Below are positions 47,351 through 56,837 of a DNA stretch of 64,000 nucleotides, piece by piece (positions within the stretch are counted from its first letter, which is position 1; every line of letters starts with the position of its first letter). The notes below the pieces were generated by a model. It ran no database searches, was not told the origin of the DNA, and worked only from the letters and a program-made list of their open reading frames with translations. Both the position numbers and the translations under genes were made by a program. The stretch covers positions 5,484-69,483 of the IMG/VR virus record IMGVR_UViG_3300026097_001418. The stretch is one strand, 5' to 3'. The DNA comes from a virus.

Positions 47351-47890
47351 TTACTTATTAATATAGTCAATCTCAACTCTGCGATTTGGTGCTAGGCAAG
47401 CAACCAATTTCTTAAAGTTGTTTTCAACTTTACATACAGCCGTCCCAGGCAAAGGATCTGTACTACCCATACCATGTACGGAATATACTGCTGATACTTG
47501 CTTCTGCAGGTAATCAGTCACAGTCCCTGCTCGCTTTTCACTTAGTTGTTGATTATAGACAGAGTCACCGATCCAATCTGCATGGCCTGTAACGCTGACT
47601 CTGCTACCGACTGCAACGGCTGTGGCAATTTTGTCAAGCTCGGCACGTCCAGCAGGTGTTAGATCAGCACGATCAAATCCAAATAACACATCTGAATATA
47701 ACACTGCACGACCTGTAACAGGTTCTACTGCATCACAGGCAGCATTACGATCAGTAGGTGCCCATGAGCCGGTCTTGACACACTGACCTGATGAGTCACG
47801 TACAGGAGCGGTATCCGAAGATACTACATAACCCTGTGCGGCAACTGAAAAGGCCAGGGAACTCAGAACGCTTGTAATAAACAGTTTCAT
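47351..47890 (-). CDS. OmpA-family periplasmic/outer-membrane protein
   Basis: LFGFD.A.L, GHAD.IG...YN..LS..RA, NRRVEI; N-terminal G.CV.TG.W. Confidence 0.9.
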   Translation of the reverse strand: MKLFITSVLSSLAFSVAAQGYVVSSDTAPVRDSSGQCVKTGSWAPTDRNAACDAVEPVTGRAVLYSDVLFGFDRADLTPAGRAELDKIATAVAVGSRVSVTGHADWIGDSVYNQQLSEKRAGTVTDYLQKQVSAVYSVHGMGSTDPLPGTAVCKVENNFKKLVACLAPNRRVEIDYINK

Positions 47891-47905
47891 ATTGTTCCCC
47901 TTTAA

Positions 47906-49036
47906 TTAAAACAAGTGACGCAGGCCAGCGCCAACAGTATTAGTCTTGACACCAGACAACATGGCGGCATTGTTTATATGGCTATAGTAAACATATGCAT
48001 TGGTGCGCTTGCTGAATGCATAGGTTGCACCAAGATTGGCAGAAGTCTGTGTACTGGTTGTTGTGAGATCTTTGAAGTCACCACCTGGCAACATCTGCTG
48101 AACAGATCCAAATACATTTACAGACGAAGTCACAGGAGCACTGGCACCGAACATCCAACTCTGTGTACGAGCACCAGGAGCGAACAAGACACCACCATTG
48201 GTGTTAGTGTCACCGCCTGTAAAGTTGGCATTGCCCAGCACATCTGTTCCTTCAATGATACCGTCGATGTTTTGTCCATAAGCGGCATGCAATTTAACGG
48301 CACGCAAGTCGTAGGTACCGCCAAGGTTCCAGCTCTTGACATTAGCAGTTGCTTGTCCAGGAACATTGGCAGGCATAAATTGATCGTAACCCAATGCCAC
48401 TACAACAGGACCATTAACGTATCGACCTGCAACAGAAACTGCACGAGTCTTGTTACTGGTGCCAAACGTTTCGCCTTCGGGTGTTCCGGCTACATCTTGA
48501 TCAGCATTAAAACTGTAGCCCACGCTACCAGTGAAACCTGAGAACTCAGGGCTGGTATACATGATCATGTTGCTGAGACGCACAAAGGTACTGCCCATGC
48601 TGGTACTTAGGCTGGCTGTGCCAAAACTCTGAGCAAATGGATCAATTCCAGAAAATGCTGCTGTGGTAGGTGTAGTACGACGACCCAAATCAACAGCACC
48701 AAAACGATCACTGCTTAAACCTAAAGTACTTTGACGAGTAAAGCCGTTATTGCCTGTACCATCAACAACATTAACTGCTGATTCGTAGACAAAGTTTGCT
48801 TTCAGACCATTACCGAGATCCTCTGTTCCCTTGATTCCCCAACGTGAACCGGATTGCTGTCCTGAGGCCATACCAACTTGACTTTGTGTGCCTGTGGCGT
48901 CAAAGTTATTGCCAAAGTTAACAGATTGATAATTGACACCTACATCGACTACTCCGTAGAGGGTGACTTGTGCTTGAGCAGCGGTAGCAACACCAAACGC
49001 TAGTGATGCGGCTGCGGCGATTTTACTAAATTTCAT
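47906..49036 (-). CDS. trimeric Gram-negative porin (betaproteobacterial type)
   Basis: VTLYGVVD, SRWGIKGTEDLGNGLKA.F..ES, Y.FSKRT..Y, terminal GLRHLF. Confidence 0.93.
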   Translation of the reverse strand: MKFSKIAAAASLAFGVATAAQAQVTLYGVVDVGVNYQSVNFGNNFDATGTQSQVGMASGQQSGSRWGIKGTEDLGNGLKANFVYESAVNVVDGTGNNGFTRQSTLGLSSDRFGAVDLGRRTTPTTAAFSGIDPFAQSFGTASLSTSMGSTFVRLSNMIMYTSPEFSGFTGSVGYSFNADQDVAGTPEGETFGTSNKTRAVSVAGRYVNGPVVVALGYDQFMPANVPGQATANVKSWNLGGTYDLRAVKLHAAYGQNIDGIIEGTDVLGNANFTGGDTNTNGGVLFAPGARTQSWMFGASAPVTSSVNVFGSVQQMLPGGDFKDLTTTSTQTSANLGATYAFSKRTNAYVYYSHINNAAMLSGVKTNTVGAGLRHLF

Positions 49037-49109
49037 TACTTCTCCTATAGGTTGTAAAACAGTCTATATTTAAACACATCTGTTGTGTTAATGCAAATTT
49101 CTGACAGTC

Positions 49110-49135
49110 AAAATAATAGGCTCCGAAGAGCCTAT
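49110..49135 (-). terminator. intrinsic terminator downstream of the tmRNA
   Basis: ATAGGCTC-TTCG-GAGCCTAT followed by a T-rich tract. Confidence 0.75.
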
Positions 49136-49140
49136 AGAGT

Positions 49141-49433
49141 TCTGTTGCTAGGTTCCCACCCCGCTTGAGCACTTAGGCTGCAAGCATGAACGCTTCGTTA
49201 TTGGCGTTTATAGTTTTTGCTTGATTGACAGTCATCGCCTACTGGTAACTCCACTTCAATACTTATTGCCCTGTCGAATCCATTTCAGCCCCATCAAAAG
49301 CATATTGGACAATCCTACGTTAGGGGTGGATTATATTTAAGTTAGACATCCTATGCTAACTCCAATACGCTTTTGGTGGAGCTGGGGGTTTCGAAACCCC
49401 GTCCAGAACACCTTTTTATCTGCTTCAACGTTA
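49141..49433 (-). ncRNA. ssrA: circularly permuted (two-piece) tmRNA
   Basis: Acceptor piece ending CAGCTCCACCA (3' end 49374) precedes coding piece starting GGGGCTGAAATGGATTCGAC (49292); tag ANNEAFMLAA* at 49205-49173. Confidence 0.9.
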
Positions 49434-49570
49434 CAAAACTATTTAACTATCTTTGTCATTAGATGTCAAGTCTTTTTGGTCGTCGTATTGCCATTCTTCT
49501 AACCAACGCCAGTAGAGATTATAGTTCAAAAGATTTAACGGTGGAATATAATTGTCCCATTGATCAAAGT

Positions 49571-49873
49571 CTATGCTGTTAGGTCGGTTGTCTTCGTTTC
49601 TTTTTCGCATTGTTGTTCCGGTCTAATAGGTTCTAACCAAGTGTCAGGAATATAGGCCTTGGGAGTATCACCTAACATGTTAGACAATCCGTATTCAGTC
49701 GATACCCACCAATAATGATCAGTAACCTGTGCTGTGCAAGGAATACCTCGAAAATCAAATGTTTCACTTTGCTGAAAGTGTCCAATATATTTTTCTACTA
49801 GTACCGTCTTTCCTAAATTGCTAGGACGTAAACTCATTATAATCTTAGCCAAATCACCTTGCTCACACTTCAC
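49571..49873 (-). CDS. hypothetical protein
   Basis: MKCEQGDLAKII...IPDTWLEPI. Confidence 0.65.
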   Translation of the reverse strand: MKCEQGDLAKIIMSLRPSNLGKTVLVEKYIGHFQQSETFDFRGIPCTAQVTDHYWWVSTEYGLSNMLGDTPKAYIPDTWLEPIRPEQQCEKETKTTDLTA

Positions 49874-50123
49874 GGTCTCGTCCTGTTGCTTTCATCAACT
49901 GTGCATGTAGTATCATATTTTCAGTTACTAATTTAGTAATGACACTCATCATAACTAATTTATGTTCGGCGGTCATGTCTTTGTCAAATTGTTCAAGAAC
50001 ACTGGCGCCAATCATACGCATGGTCTGTTCTTGTCCTTCACCAAATACTCCCCAATCAATAGGATCACCTTCTTCTACTGAAAATGCTAACTCAATTAAT
50101 GTATCTAAATCTATTTTATCCAT
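49863..50123 (-). CDS. hypothetical protein
   Basis: 86-aa coupled ORF. Confidence 0.6.
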   Translation of the reverse strand: MDKIDLDTLIELAFSVEEGDPIDWGVFGEGQEQTMRMIGASVLEQFDKDMTAEHKLVMMSVITKLVTENMILHAQLMKATGRDREV

Positions 50124-50521
50124 ATGCTTTTTTCACCTTTTTCTTTGCGCTGTTCCCACTCTTCTACAGAACCGGGAAATCTCCATGCCCACAGTGCTAC
50201 CAATGCCATTACTATTGCTGTTGATATTATGCCTATGGGTTTAACTCCAGTGGTATACATGATAATCAAACTGGTACTCATCATAGCAATCATAAAATAT
50301 TTCATCTTTTGTGGAAATACACGCTTGTGTTCCCAGTTTGTCAAGAACGGTCCGAACAGTTTGTGATTGTACAACCACTGTTCCATTGCAGGACTGCCTT
50401 TAGCAAAACAATATGCTGCACCTACAATAAAAATACTATAAGGCAGTCCGGGCAAGACAACACCAAGATAAGCCATGCCCAAACTGCAAAATCCCAATAC
50501 TTTCCAAAGTAATTTTTTCAT
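50111..50521 (-). CDS. YbaN/DUF454 inner-membrane protein
   Basis: G..LPGLP...F...A.CF.K.S....WL..HK.FGP.L.NW. Confidence 0.85.
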   Translation of the reverse strand: MKKLLWKVLGFCSLGMAYLGVVLPGLPYSIFIVGAAYCFAKGSPAMEQWLYNHKLFGPFLTNWEHKRVFPQKMKYFMIAMMSTSLIIMYTTGVKPIGIISTAIVMALVALWAWRFPGSVEEWEQRKEKGEKSIWIK

Positions 50522-50570
50522 GTCGACCTCTTACTGTAATTAGCCGAAAAATACTCATATAAATAATATT

Positions 50571-50897
50571 ATGAAACCAGTAACTAGAATCGCAGACTTA
50601 GGAGAAGGGGTGTGCCTTAACGGACACGAGGATGTACCTAGAGGCGAACCTAAACCATTTACTACTACGTTTATCACTGGCAGTAATAATGTATTCGCCA
50701 ATTGGATACCTGTAGTTAGAATTGGCGATTTTGGTAAAACAGACTGCGGTCACGATACCGAGGCAGCATCAGGATCTACAACTGTTTTTGTTAACAATAG
50801 ATTTGTTCATAGAATAGGTGACATCGGCAAGGTAGTAGGCGACGGCGACACCTACGAAGTCATAACAGGTTCCGGTGATGTGATAATAGGGGGTTGA
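50571..50897 (+). CDS. PAAR-repeat baseplate spike tip protein
   Basis: PVTRIAD, PVVRIGD and VHRIGD repeats with C/H metal ligands; TATAAATA upstream. Confidence 0.88.
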   Translation: MKPVTRIADLGEGVCLNGHEDVPRGEPKPFTTTFITGSNNVFANWIPVVRIGDFGKTDCGHDTEAASGSTTVFVNNRFVHRIGDIGKVVGDGDTYEVITGSGDVIIGG

Positions 50898-50901
50898 GAA
50901 A

Positions 50902-52263
50902 ATGGCAATACTTAAAGAATCAATAGCAGCAGTTCAAGATGGATCAGCATATAAACCGCCGCCATCTGTTGATGGGCTCACTGGTATTGGTTTAGAGTCG
51001 GCTACTACTGCTGCAGAAGCAATAACTCAAACATGGAGCACAGCGACAAGCAATCTTTCAAAAACTCTCAGTGTCACTTCGTCGCAGGTAAAGGTAATTG
51101 AGCTTGAAGCCAAGTCCGAAGGCAGGCAACCTACCGAAGAAGAACTCGACGAAGCTTGCGGACCTTTATCGTTTTTAGTATCGGTACCGAAAGCACTAAA
51201 TGAAGCTCTAGGTGATATCTACGGAAAAGTTGACGAATTTGCAACATCATTTGGTCAAACTATAGGAGAATTTGCTAGTGATTTAAATCAATTAATAGAT
51301 GACGTTGCCAACGCCATCGACGAAACAGCAGAAGAATTAGCTCAAGAAGCTCTTGAATTATTTGAAACAGCTAATTCGTTAGCCATTAGCGCATTAAACA
51401 CCGTAGAGAATGCTATAAATTCTGCTGTTGGATTTGTTAATGATGCTATAGTCGAAGCTGAGAGACTGTTGGACGCTGCCGTTGAAAAATTGCTTGGCTT
51501 TGCTAGAAGTTTAAATTTTGCCAGTTTGTTTAGTTTAGATTGCCAAAAAGAAGCTGTCGAAAATGGTGTTGACAGCGAAAAGGTTGCTGATGCTGCTGAA
51601 GTTGAACGTGTAGTGGCTCCAACTGTTGTTAACGACAGCGATAATGAAATTGCATCTGAAACATTGTCGACTCCTCAAACAACTTTTGCGCCAGCAGTTG
51701 AGCCTCGGACAATACCGCCTGGTGATTTAGAATTACTAACGCAGAGATACCTTGATGCCGCAGCACTCGCTGACGAACTCAGCAGAGAAGTTTTTGATCC
51801 GGCATTTACTTCCAGACCAGCTGCTGAGATTGAAGAAGTTAATCGTCGCTACGAAGCAGCTCAAGATGCTCGCGATCAGGCACAAGCTGAAATGATTTCT
51901 ATTGCTCAGCGAAGCGGAGTGCCGGTAGAGTCGTTACCAGTCTATAAATCATCTTACAAAAACTTCTCTGAGCCAGCAACACCACAACAGGTCGACGAGG
52001 TTGAAATTCGAGGCATCGTTACAAATATTAATTTCTCAATCTCTGGTTTTAGTGAGGCACAAACCAGGGCTATTAGTGTAATACAACGAATTGAAGATAG
52101 TGGTCGAGGATCTACTCCGGCAGCACAAGAATTCATTCAGAGTAGATCCAGTGCTCTTAGAGAGCAAAGGGAGGAAATTATTAACGAAATTAATTCCCTC
52201 CCACCTGATATTGCAGGAAGAGTAAAAGCGGCACTTGATCCAGTACCGCCACTACAACTTTAA
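50902..52263 (+). CDS. acidic Ala-rich helical protein co-transcribed with PAAR (virion candidate)
   Basis: 453-aa ORF directly after the PAAR gene. Confidence 0.55.
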   Translation: MAILKESIAAVQDGSAYKPPPSVDGLTGIGLESATTAAEAITQTWSTATSNLSKTLSVTSSQVKVIELEAKSEGRQPTEEELDEACGPLSFLVSVPKALNEALGDIYGKVDEFATSFGQTIGEFASDLNQLIDDVANAIDETAEELAQEALELFETANSLAISALNTVENAINSAVGFVNDAIVEAERLLDAAVEKLLGFARSLNFASLFSLDCQKEAVENGVDSEKVADAAEVERVVAPTVVNDSDNEIASETLSTPQTTFAPAVEPRTIPPGDLELLTQRYLDAAALADELSREVFDPAFTSRPAAEIEEVNRRYEAAQDARDQAQAEMISIAQRSGVPVESLPVYKSSYKNFSEPATPQQVDEVEIRGIVTNINFSISGFSEAQTRAISVIQRIEDSGRGSTPAAQEFIQSRSSALREQREEIINEINSLPPDIAGRVKAALDPVPPLQL

Positions 52264-52553
52264 CCTGCTAACTTGATTCCTGTAGTGTTTTGAACGTAGG
52301 CATCAGCAAATTGTTTTTCGGTAGGCTCAAGTGCAACAACTGCAGATTGCAAAACGTTGATATCTTTTTCCATATCAACAGTCATAGCGAATGGTACCAT
52401 TCCGATTCCCTGTTGCCCCATACTTAATAACATAGGCTTGTTTAATTTGTGTCCATTGTCTGTTTCTTCAACATACTTGGCAATCATTTCTTCGCCTGAC
52501 ATTAATTTTAGTGTTACTACTTCACCTGCTGATACGCCTTTGTTAATGAGCAT
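52260..52553 (-). CDS. Sm-like phage protein
   Basis: VVTLKLMSGEEMIAK...AY.QNTTGI. Confidence 0.65.
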   Translation of the reverse strand: MLINKGVSAGEVVTLKLMSGEEMIAKYVEETDNGHKLNKPMLLSMGQQGIGMVPFAMTVDMEKDINVLQSAVVALEPTEKQFADAYVQNTTGIKLAG

Positions 52554-52782
52554 TTTCTTCCTTTTTAAGATAAGTTTTTAAATGTGTGAGACCACCAATG
52601 AGCTCTCCGTTAATTATGATTTGTGGTAGCGCCTTAGCAGTAGGAACATCTTTTAACAAATCTTCCTTTGTGTAACCACTGCCAATTTTACGTTCCTCAA
52701 ACTTAATACTTTTAGATTGTAACAGATTTTTTGCCTGATCGCAAAGAGGACAGGCATCCTTTGACCAAATAATTATATTCAC
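52543..52782 (-). CDS. glutaredoxin
   Basis: CPLC, LPQI, IGG. Confidence 0.9.
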   Translation of the reverse strand: MNIIIWSKDACPLCDQAKNLLQSKSIKFEERKIGSGYTKEDLLKDVPTAKALPQIIINGELIGGLTHLKTYLKKEENAH

Positions 52783-52791
52783 GCAATTTCC

Positions 52792-52956
52792 TTATGCTTT
52801 TTCTATTTCTACTAGTACACGACTATCAGTTAGTTGCTCGATGACCTGCTTAAGAGCAGCAATGTTTTCTGATGACATTAGTTCTGTTGCGTCATCATTG
52901 TCTGCTAACAGAGTTGACACCTTGACAACCAGCACTTCTTCATTTAACTTTGCCAT
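52792..52956 (-). CDS. 54-aa hypothetical protein (below the ORF-track cutoff)
   Basis: MAKLNEEVLVVKVSTLL...EIEKA; AAGGA SD. Confidence 0.6.
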   Translation of the reverse strand: MAKLNEEVLVVKVSTLLADNDDATELMSSENIAALKQVIEQLTDSRVLVEIEKA

Positions 52957-52967
52957 TTCAATTCCTT

Positions 52968-53135
52968 TTATCCAGAGTAGACAACTGCACCTTTTTTATC
53001 AGTAACACGGACCATTAATGCCCCTGCACGTTTTTTTCTCAGAGCAGCCATAATGGCCTGTGTTTCTTGACCATAACTACCTGCGCCAGTCCATGATTCT
53101 ACAGGTGTGTTTTTTTTATAAAATACTTTGTACAT
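52968..53135 (-). CDS. 55-aa hypothetical protein (below the ORF-track cutoff)
   Basis: MYKVFYKKNTPVESWTGAGSYG...VVYSG. Confidence 0.6.
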   Translation of the reverse strand: MYKVFYKKNTPVESWTGAGSYGQETQAIMAALRKKRAGALMVRVTDKKGAVVYSG

Positions 53136-53143
53136 AATTATCT

Positions 53144-54244
53144 CTAGATAGATGGCAAGTCTTCATAATTGATATCGCCAGATAAAACTCCAATTACATA
53201 GTTTGTGCTTTCAGATTCTTGAAGAGCGGTTTGTTTCGAGTTTGTTGAAACATGCTTATTAAACCAAGGTATTGGTGTGGTTTTAGGAGACGCACTTTTA
53301 TATTTGATACCAATCTGCTTGAGAGCATCTGCTGATGTATAATCTACAAAATCTTTCAAGATACCGGCGTTTAGTCCAATGACTGGGCCTTTCTGAAATA
53401 GATAGTCTGCCCAATCCTTTTCTTCTTGAATTACGCTCATATAAAGTTGATAAACTTCATCTTCTGTTTCTTTTTTAATTTCGGCAAATCTATCATCATC
53501 CTTAACTACTTGATTGATAAGATATGCAGTCCACTCTTTGTGTAGTAATTCATCTTGCAGGATCAAACTGATAATATTTCCGTTGCCGATGAAAATTTTA
53601 TTTTCTACCATAGCCAAACTAGTAGCGAATGAAACCATGAAGCGAAATGCTTCCAAAGCATAACTGGCATGTAATGCTAGATAAATTGCTCGAATATATT
53701 CTTTTTCATTGATTTTTTCACCTAGTTCTTTGCGGCAGTTTATTCTATGAAGATCATCATAGTATTGTCCAATGCTTGCTGCCATGTTAACTATTTCCTG
53801 TGTATCATGTATTGAGTTAAAAACTTCCTTTGGCACATTGTAGATATTACGAATAATGTGACTGTAACTACGACTATGGATATTTGTTTCAAAAAATGTC
53901 CAGTTATAGACCAATGCTTCTAATTCCGGAAGACTCACAACTGGTGTGAAAATTTGACTAGGGCCTCGACCTTGGATACTGTCGAGTGCTGTCTGTCTTA
54001 ACAAATTGCTGGTAAAAATATGTTTGACAGCATCGCTGGCATTTTTAAAATCGCCAGCGTCTTTGGTTAAACTGACTTCTTCAGGTACCCAAAAAAATCC
54101 TCGAGCAGTAGTTTCGAAATTGGCAATTTTAGGATATTTAAATTCTTCAAACCTTTGAATAGTTACAGGACCTGCTGGATCTAGAAACATTTTACGATTT
54201 AGGTAATCTGTTTGTGTTGTTAAGTTATATTGTTTTTTGCTCAT
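53144..54244 (-). CDS. nrdB: ribonucleotide reductase class Ia beta subunit
   Basis: FW.PEE, LDSIQGR, ETNIHSRSY, LEAFRF, DELLH. Confidence 0.96.
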   Translation of the reverse strand: MSKKQYNLTTQTDYLNRKMFLDPAGPVTIQRFEEFKYPKIANFETTARGFFWVPEEVSLTKDAGDFKNASDAVKHIFTSNLLRQTALDSIQGRGPSQIFTPVVSLPELEALVYNWTFFETNIHSRSYSHIIRNIYNVPKEVFNSIHDTQEIVNMAASIGQYYDDLHRINCRKELGEKINEKEYIRAIYLALHASYALEAFRFMVSFATSLAMVENKIFIGNGNIISLILQDELLHKEWTAYLINQVVKDDDRFAEIKKETEDEVYQLYMSVIQEEKDWADYLFQKGPVIGLNAGILKDFVDYTSADALKQIGIKYKSASPKTTPIPWFNKHVSTNSKQTALQESESTNYVIGVLSGDINYEDLPSI

Positions 54245-54465
54245 TATTTTATCCTGTTTTCAATTTCCCACTGATCGATTTGTTTTAATATATTTGGATC
54301 GACCCTATTATACCCTATAAAAAACTTCTTTACTACCTTGCTCCACCTTAATCTTAATATATGATTACCTAATCTTAGATATGCACCTGCACTGTGAGGA
54401 TCTCTAGGATGATAAATGCTTAGACCTTGATGTAGAATCTGCCCTTCTTTTTTAAAATGTAACAT
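54244..54465 (-). CDS. hypothetical protein between nrdA and nrdB
   Basis: MLHFKKEG... with AGGAG SD. Confidence 0.5.
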   Translation of the reverse strand: MLHFKKEGQILHQGLSIYHPRDPHSAGAYLRLGNHILRLRWSKVVKKFFIGYNRVDPNILKQIDQWEIENRIK

Positions 54466-54473
54466 CAATTCTC

Positions 54474-56792
54474 CTAGAGTTTGCACGCCTCGCATGATTC
54501 TTCATCATCAAAGTCGATTACTTCAAGCATAGTAGGCACTTCTTCATCATCTGCCCTGCTGCCACGCTTATTCACAAGACTGTAATAAAAAGTCTTCAAA
54601 CCCCAATAGTGTGCCATCATTAAATTTTTAGCAATCAGTGTGGTTGGAATTTTTCGATCTGGGAAATTTCCAGGATTGTAAAATGTATTAGTGCTTATAC
54701 TTTGATCAATATATGCAGCCAAAACCGCGGCAGTTTTAATATATCCAATACAGTCAGGCTGATCCCACATGAGCTGATACTTGTTTTTCAACTTGGCATA
54801 TTCTGGAACAACTTGTGTAAAAGAACCTGCCTTTGATTCCTTAGTTGAAATTAAACTCATAGGCATTTCAATACCGTTGGTTGAATTTATAACAACACTG
54901 GAACTTTCAACTGGAGCAATTGCCATTAAGGTAGCATTACGAACGCCATATGTTTTCATTTCTTTACGAAGACTTTCCCAATCTAGTTCAGGAGAAAAAT
55001 CAGTTAGGTCATTTACGCCTTGGGCTCGTAACTCCCAGGGAAAAATACCCTGTCCATATCGTGTCTTGTCACTGTCAAGACATCGGCCTCTTTCCTTTGC
55101 CAGTTCAACAGTAGCTTCAGTAAGGTAGAATGCTTGATGTTCCATCCAGGATTTTACTTCTGACAGTGCATCAGATTCACCATACTTGAGATTACGTTTG
55201 GCATGCCAGTATGCAAGATTGGTTATGCCAATGCCCAATGGTTGGATCTCATCATTACTGAGTTTGCTCTGTATTGACAAGAAGTCTTGATAGTCAAGAA
55301 TGTTACACAGGCTACGCTGTAAAATCCTACAGGCTCTACGCATGTCCTCTGGGTTCCGGAACGATCCCCAGTTGATAGATCCCAGTGTACACAACGCTAT
55401 GCGTCCACTCTCATCCTCAAGTCTATCAAAAGGACGAGTGGGTAGTAGAATCTCACAACAGAGATTACTTTGATAAATCGTATGATACTCTGGATCAAAT
55501 GGTCCTTGGTTCATTACATTATCAATGAATACTAGATATATTCGACCTGTGTCTGTGCGTTCCTTCAGTATACCACTCTTGAACACTTCTTCAGCACTCA
55601 TTACACTTTTGCGTAGATCTTTACGCTTTTCATATTTGACGTAAAGTTCTTCAAACAGTTTTGTATTTGAATAAAAAGCTTCATATAGATCAGGAACTTC
55701 GTTTGGATCAAAGAAAGTAATGTCTTCACTGTTTTTAAGTTTACGCCAGAAGAATGCTGAAAGAACAACTCCATAATCCATATGACGCACTCGAGTTTCT
55801 TCGGTGCCTTGGTTGTTCTTTAATACAATAAGGTCTTCGAATTGAAGATGCCAAATAGGGTAAAAAATTGTAGCCGAAGCATTACGTATGCCACCTTGAC
55901 TACAACTACGTAAATCGCCAAACCATTTTTTTAGAAATGGTATCATCCCTGTGTGCATGATCTCACCGCCTCGAATAGGAGAACCTATTGAACGTAGTCG
56001 ACCAATTTCAAGACCAATGCCAGCACGCTTGCTGGCGTACTTGGCCATCATTTCTCCGCTAGCGAAAATGCTGTTGAGATTATCGTCACTGCGAATAAGT
56101 ACACAACTACTGAATTGTTTAGTTAATGTGCCGAGTCCTGCAAGTACCGGTGTAGCAAGAGTAAACAAACCATCGCTGGCTGCATTATAATACTCTTTGA
56201 TATATTTCAATCTTGCTGAATTAGGTTCTTCTTTGTGAAACACTGTTGCCGCAGCTATGATATATCGAACCTGTGGAGTTTCATAAATTTCTTTAGTACT
56301 GCGATTGCGAACTAGGTATTTTTCAATTAACTGTTCAATTGCTGAGTAACTGTATGCTTCGTCTTTTTCATGATCGATAATATCATTCATTTTGTTCCAG
56401 TCACTCTCACTATACCACTCTAAGAGTTCGGGAGTATATAATCCCACGCTGACATTCTTTTTAACGATATCATATAAATGTAATGGTTGATAATCACCGT
56501 AGACATCCTTGCGCAACATTGACAATCGCTGCTTGCCTGCTACTTGTTGATAGTTGACATGTCCTACATCAGGATTTGCTTCAACATCGATCAAATTAAC
56601 AATGGCCCGCAACGTAACTTCATCAATTTCTCTAGTAGTAATGCCGTCATAAAAATGTGGCTGAGCTTTGATTTCGATCATGGACTGACTGACATCAGCT
56701 ATGCCTTTGCATATTTTAGCCACTTGAGCTTGCCATTTTTCAATAGTTAAATTTTCTTTCTTTCCATTTCTTTTAATAACAGTGATATTCAT
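54474..56792 (-). CDS. nrdA: ribonucleotide reductase class Ia alpha subunit
   Basis: ATP cone VIKRNG, FSSCVL, SNLCCEI, KTFYY, C-terminal CEACKL. Confidence 0.97.
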   Translation of the reverse strand: MNITVIKRNGKKENLTIEKWQAQVAKICKGIADVSQSMIEIKAQPHFYDGITTREIDEVTLRAIVNLIDVEANPDVGHVNYQQVAGKQRLSMLRKDVYGDYQPLHLYDIVKKNVSVGLYTPELLEWYSESDWNKMNDIIDHEKDEAYSYSAIEQLIEKYLVRNRSTKEIYETPQVRYIIAAATVFHKEEPNSARLKYIKEYYNAASDGLFTLATPVLAGLGTLTKQFSSCVLIRSDDNLNSIFASGEMMAKYASKRAGIGLEIGRLRSIGSPIRGGEIMHTGMIPFLKKWFGDLRSCSQGGIRNASATIFYPIWHLQFEDLIVLKNNQGTEETRVRHMDYGVVLSAFFWRKLKNSEDITFFDPNEVPDLYEAFYSNTKLFEELYVKYEKRKDLRKSVMSAEEVFKSGILKERTDTGRIYLVFIDNVMNQGPFDPEYHTIYQSNLCCEILLPTRPFDRLEDESGRIALCTLGSINWGSFRNPEDMRRACRILQRSLCNILDYQDFLSIQSKLSNDEIQPLGIGITNLAYWHAKRNLKYGESDALSEVKSWMEHQAFYLTEATVELAKERGRCLDSDKTRYGQGIFPWELRAQGVNDLTDFSPELDWESLRKEMKTYGVRNATLMAIAPVESSSVVINSTNGIEMPMSLISTKESKAGSFTQVVPEYAKLKNKYQLMWDQPDCIGYIKTAAVLAAYIDQSISTNTFYNPGNFPDRKIPTTLIAKNLMMAHYWGLKTFYYSLVNKRGSRADDEEVPTMLEVIDFDDEESCEACKL

Positions 56793-56837
56793 CTATTCCT
56801 CTTGCTAACACAGACTTTAATGTTTGATATTTATTGT

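Noticed and set aside
53144..56792. Intein, intron or homing endonuclease in nrdAB
   Set aside because: Both subunits have normal length and contiguous motifs. The intervening small ORF has no HNH, GIY-YIG or LAGLIDADG motif.
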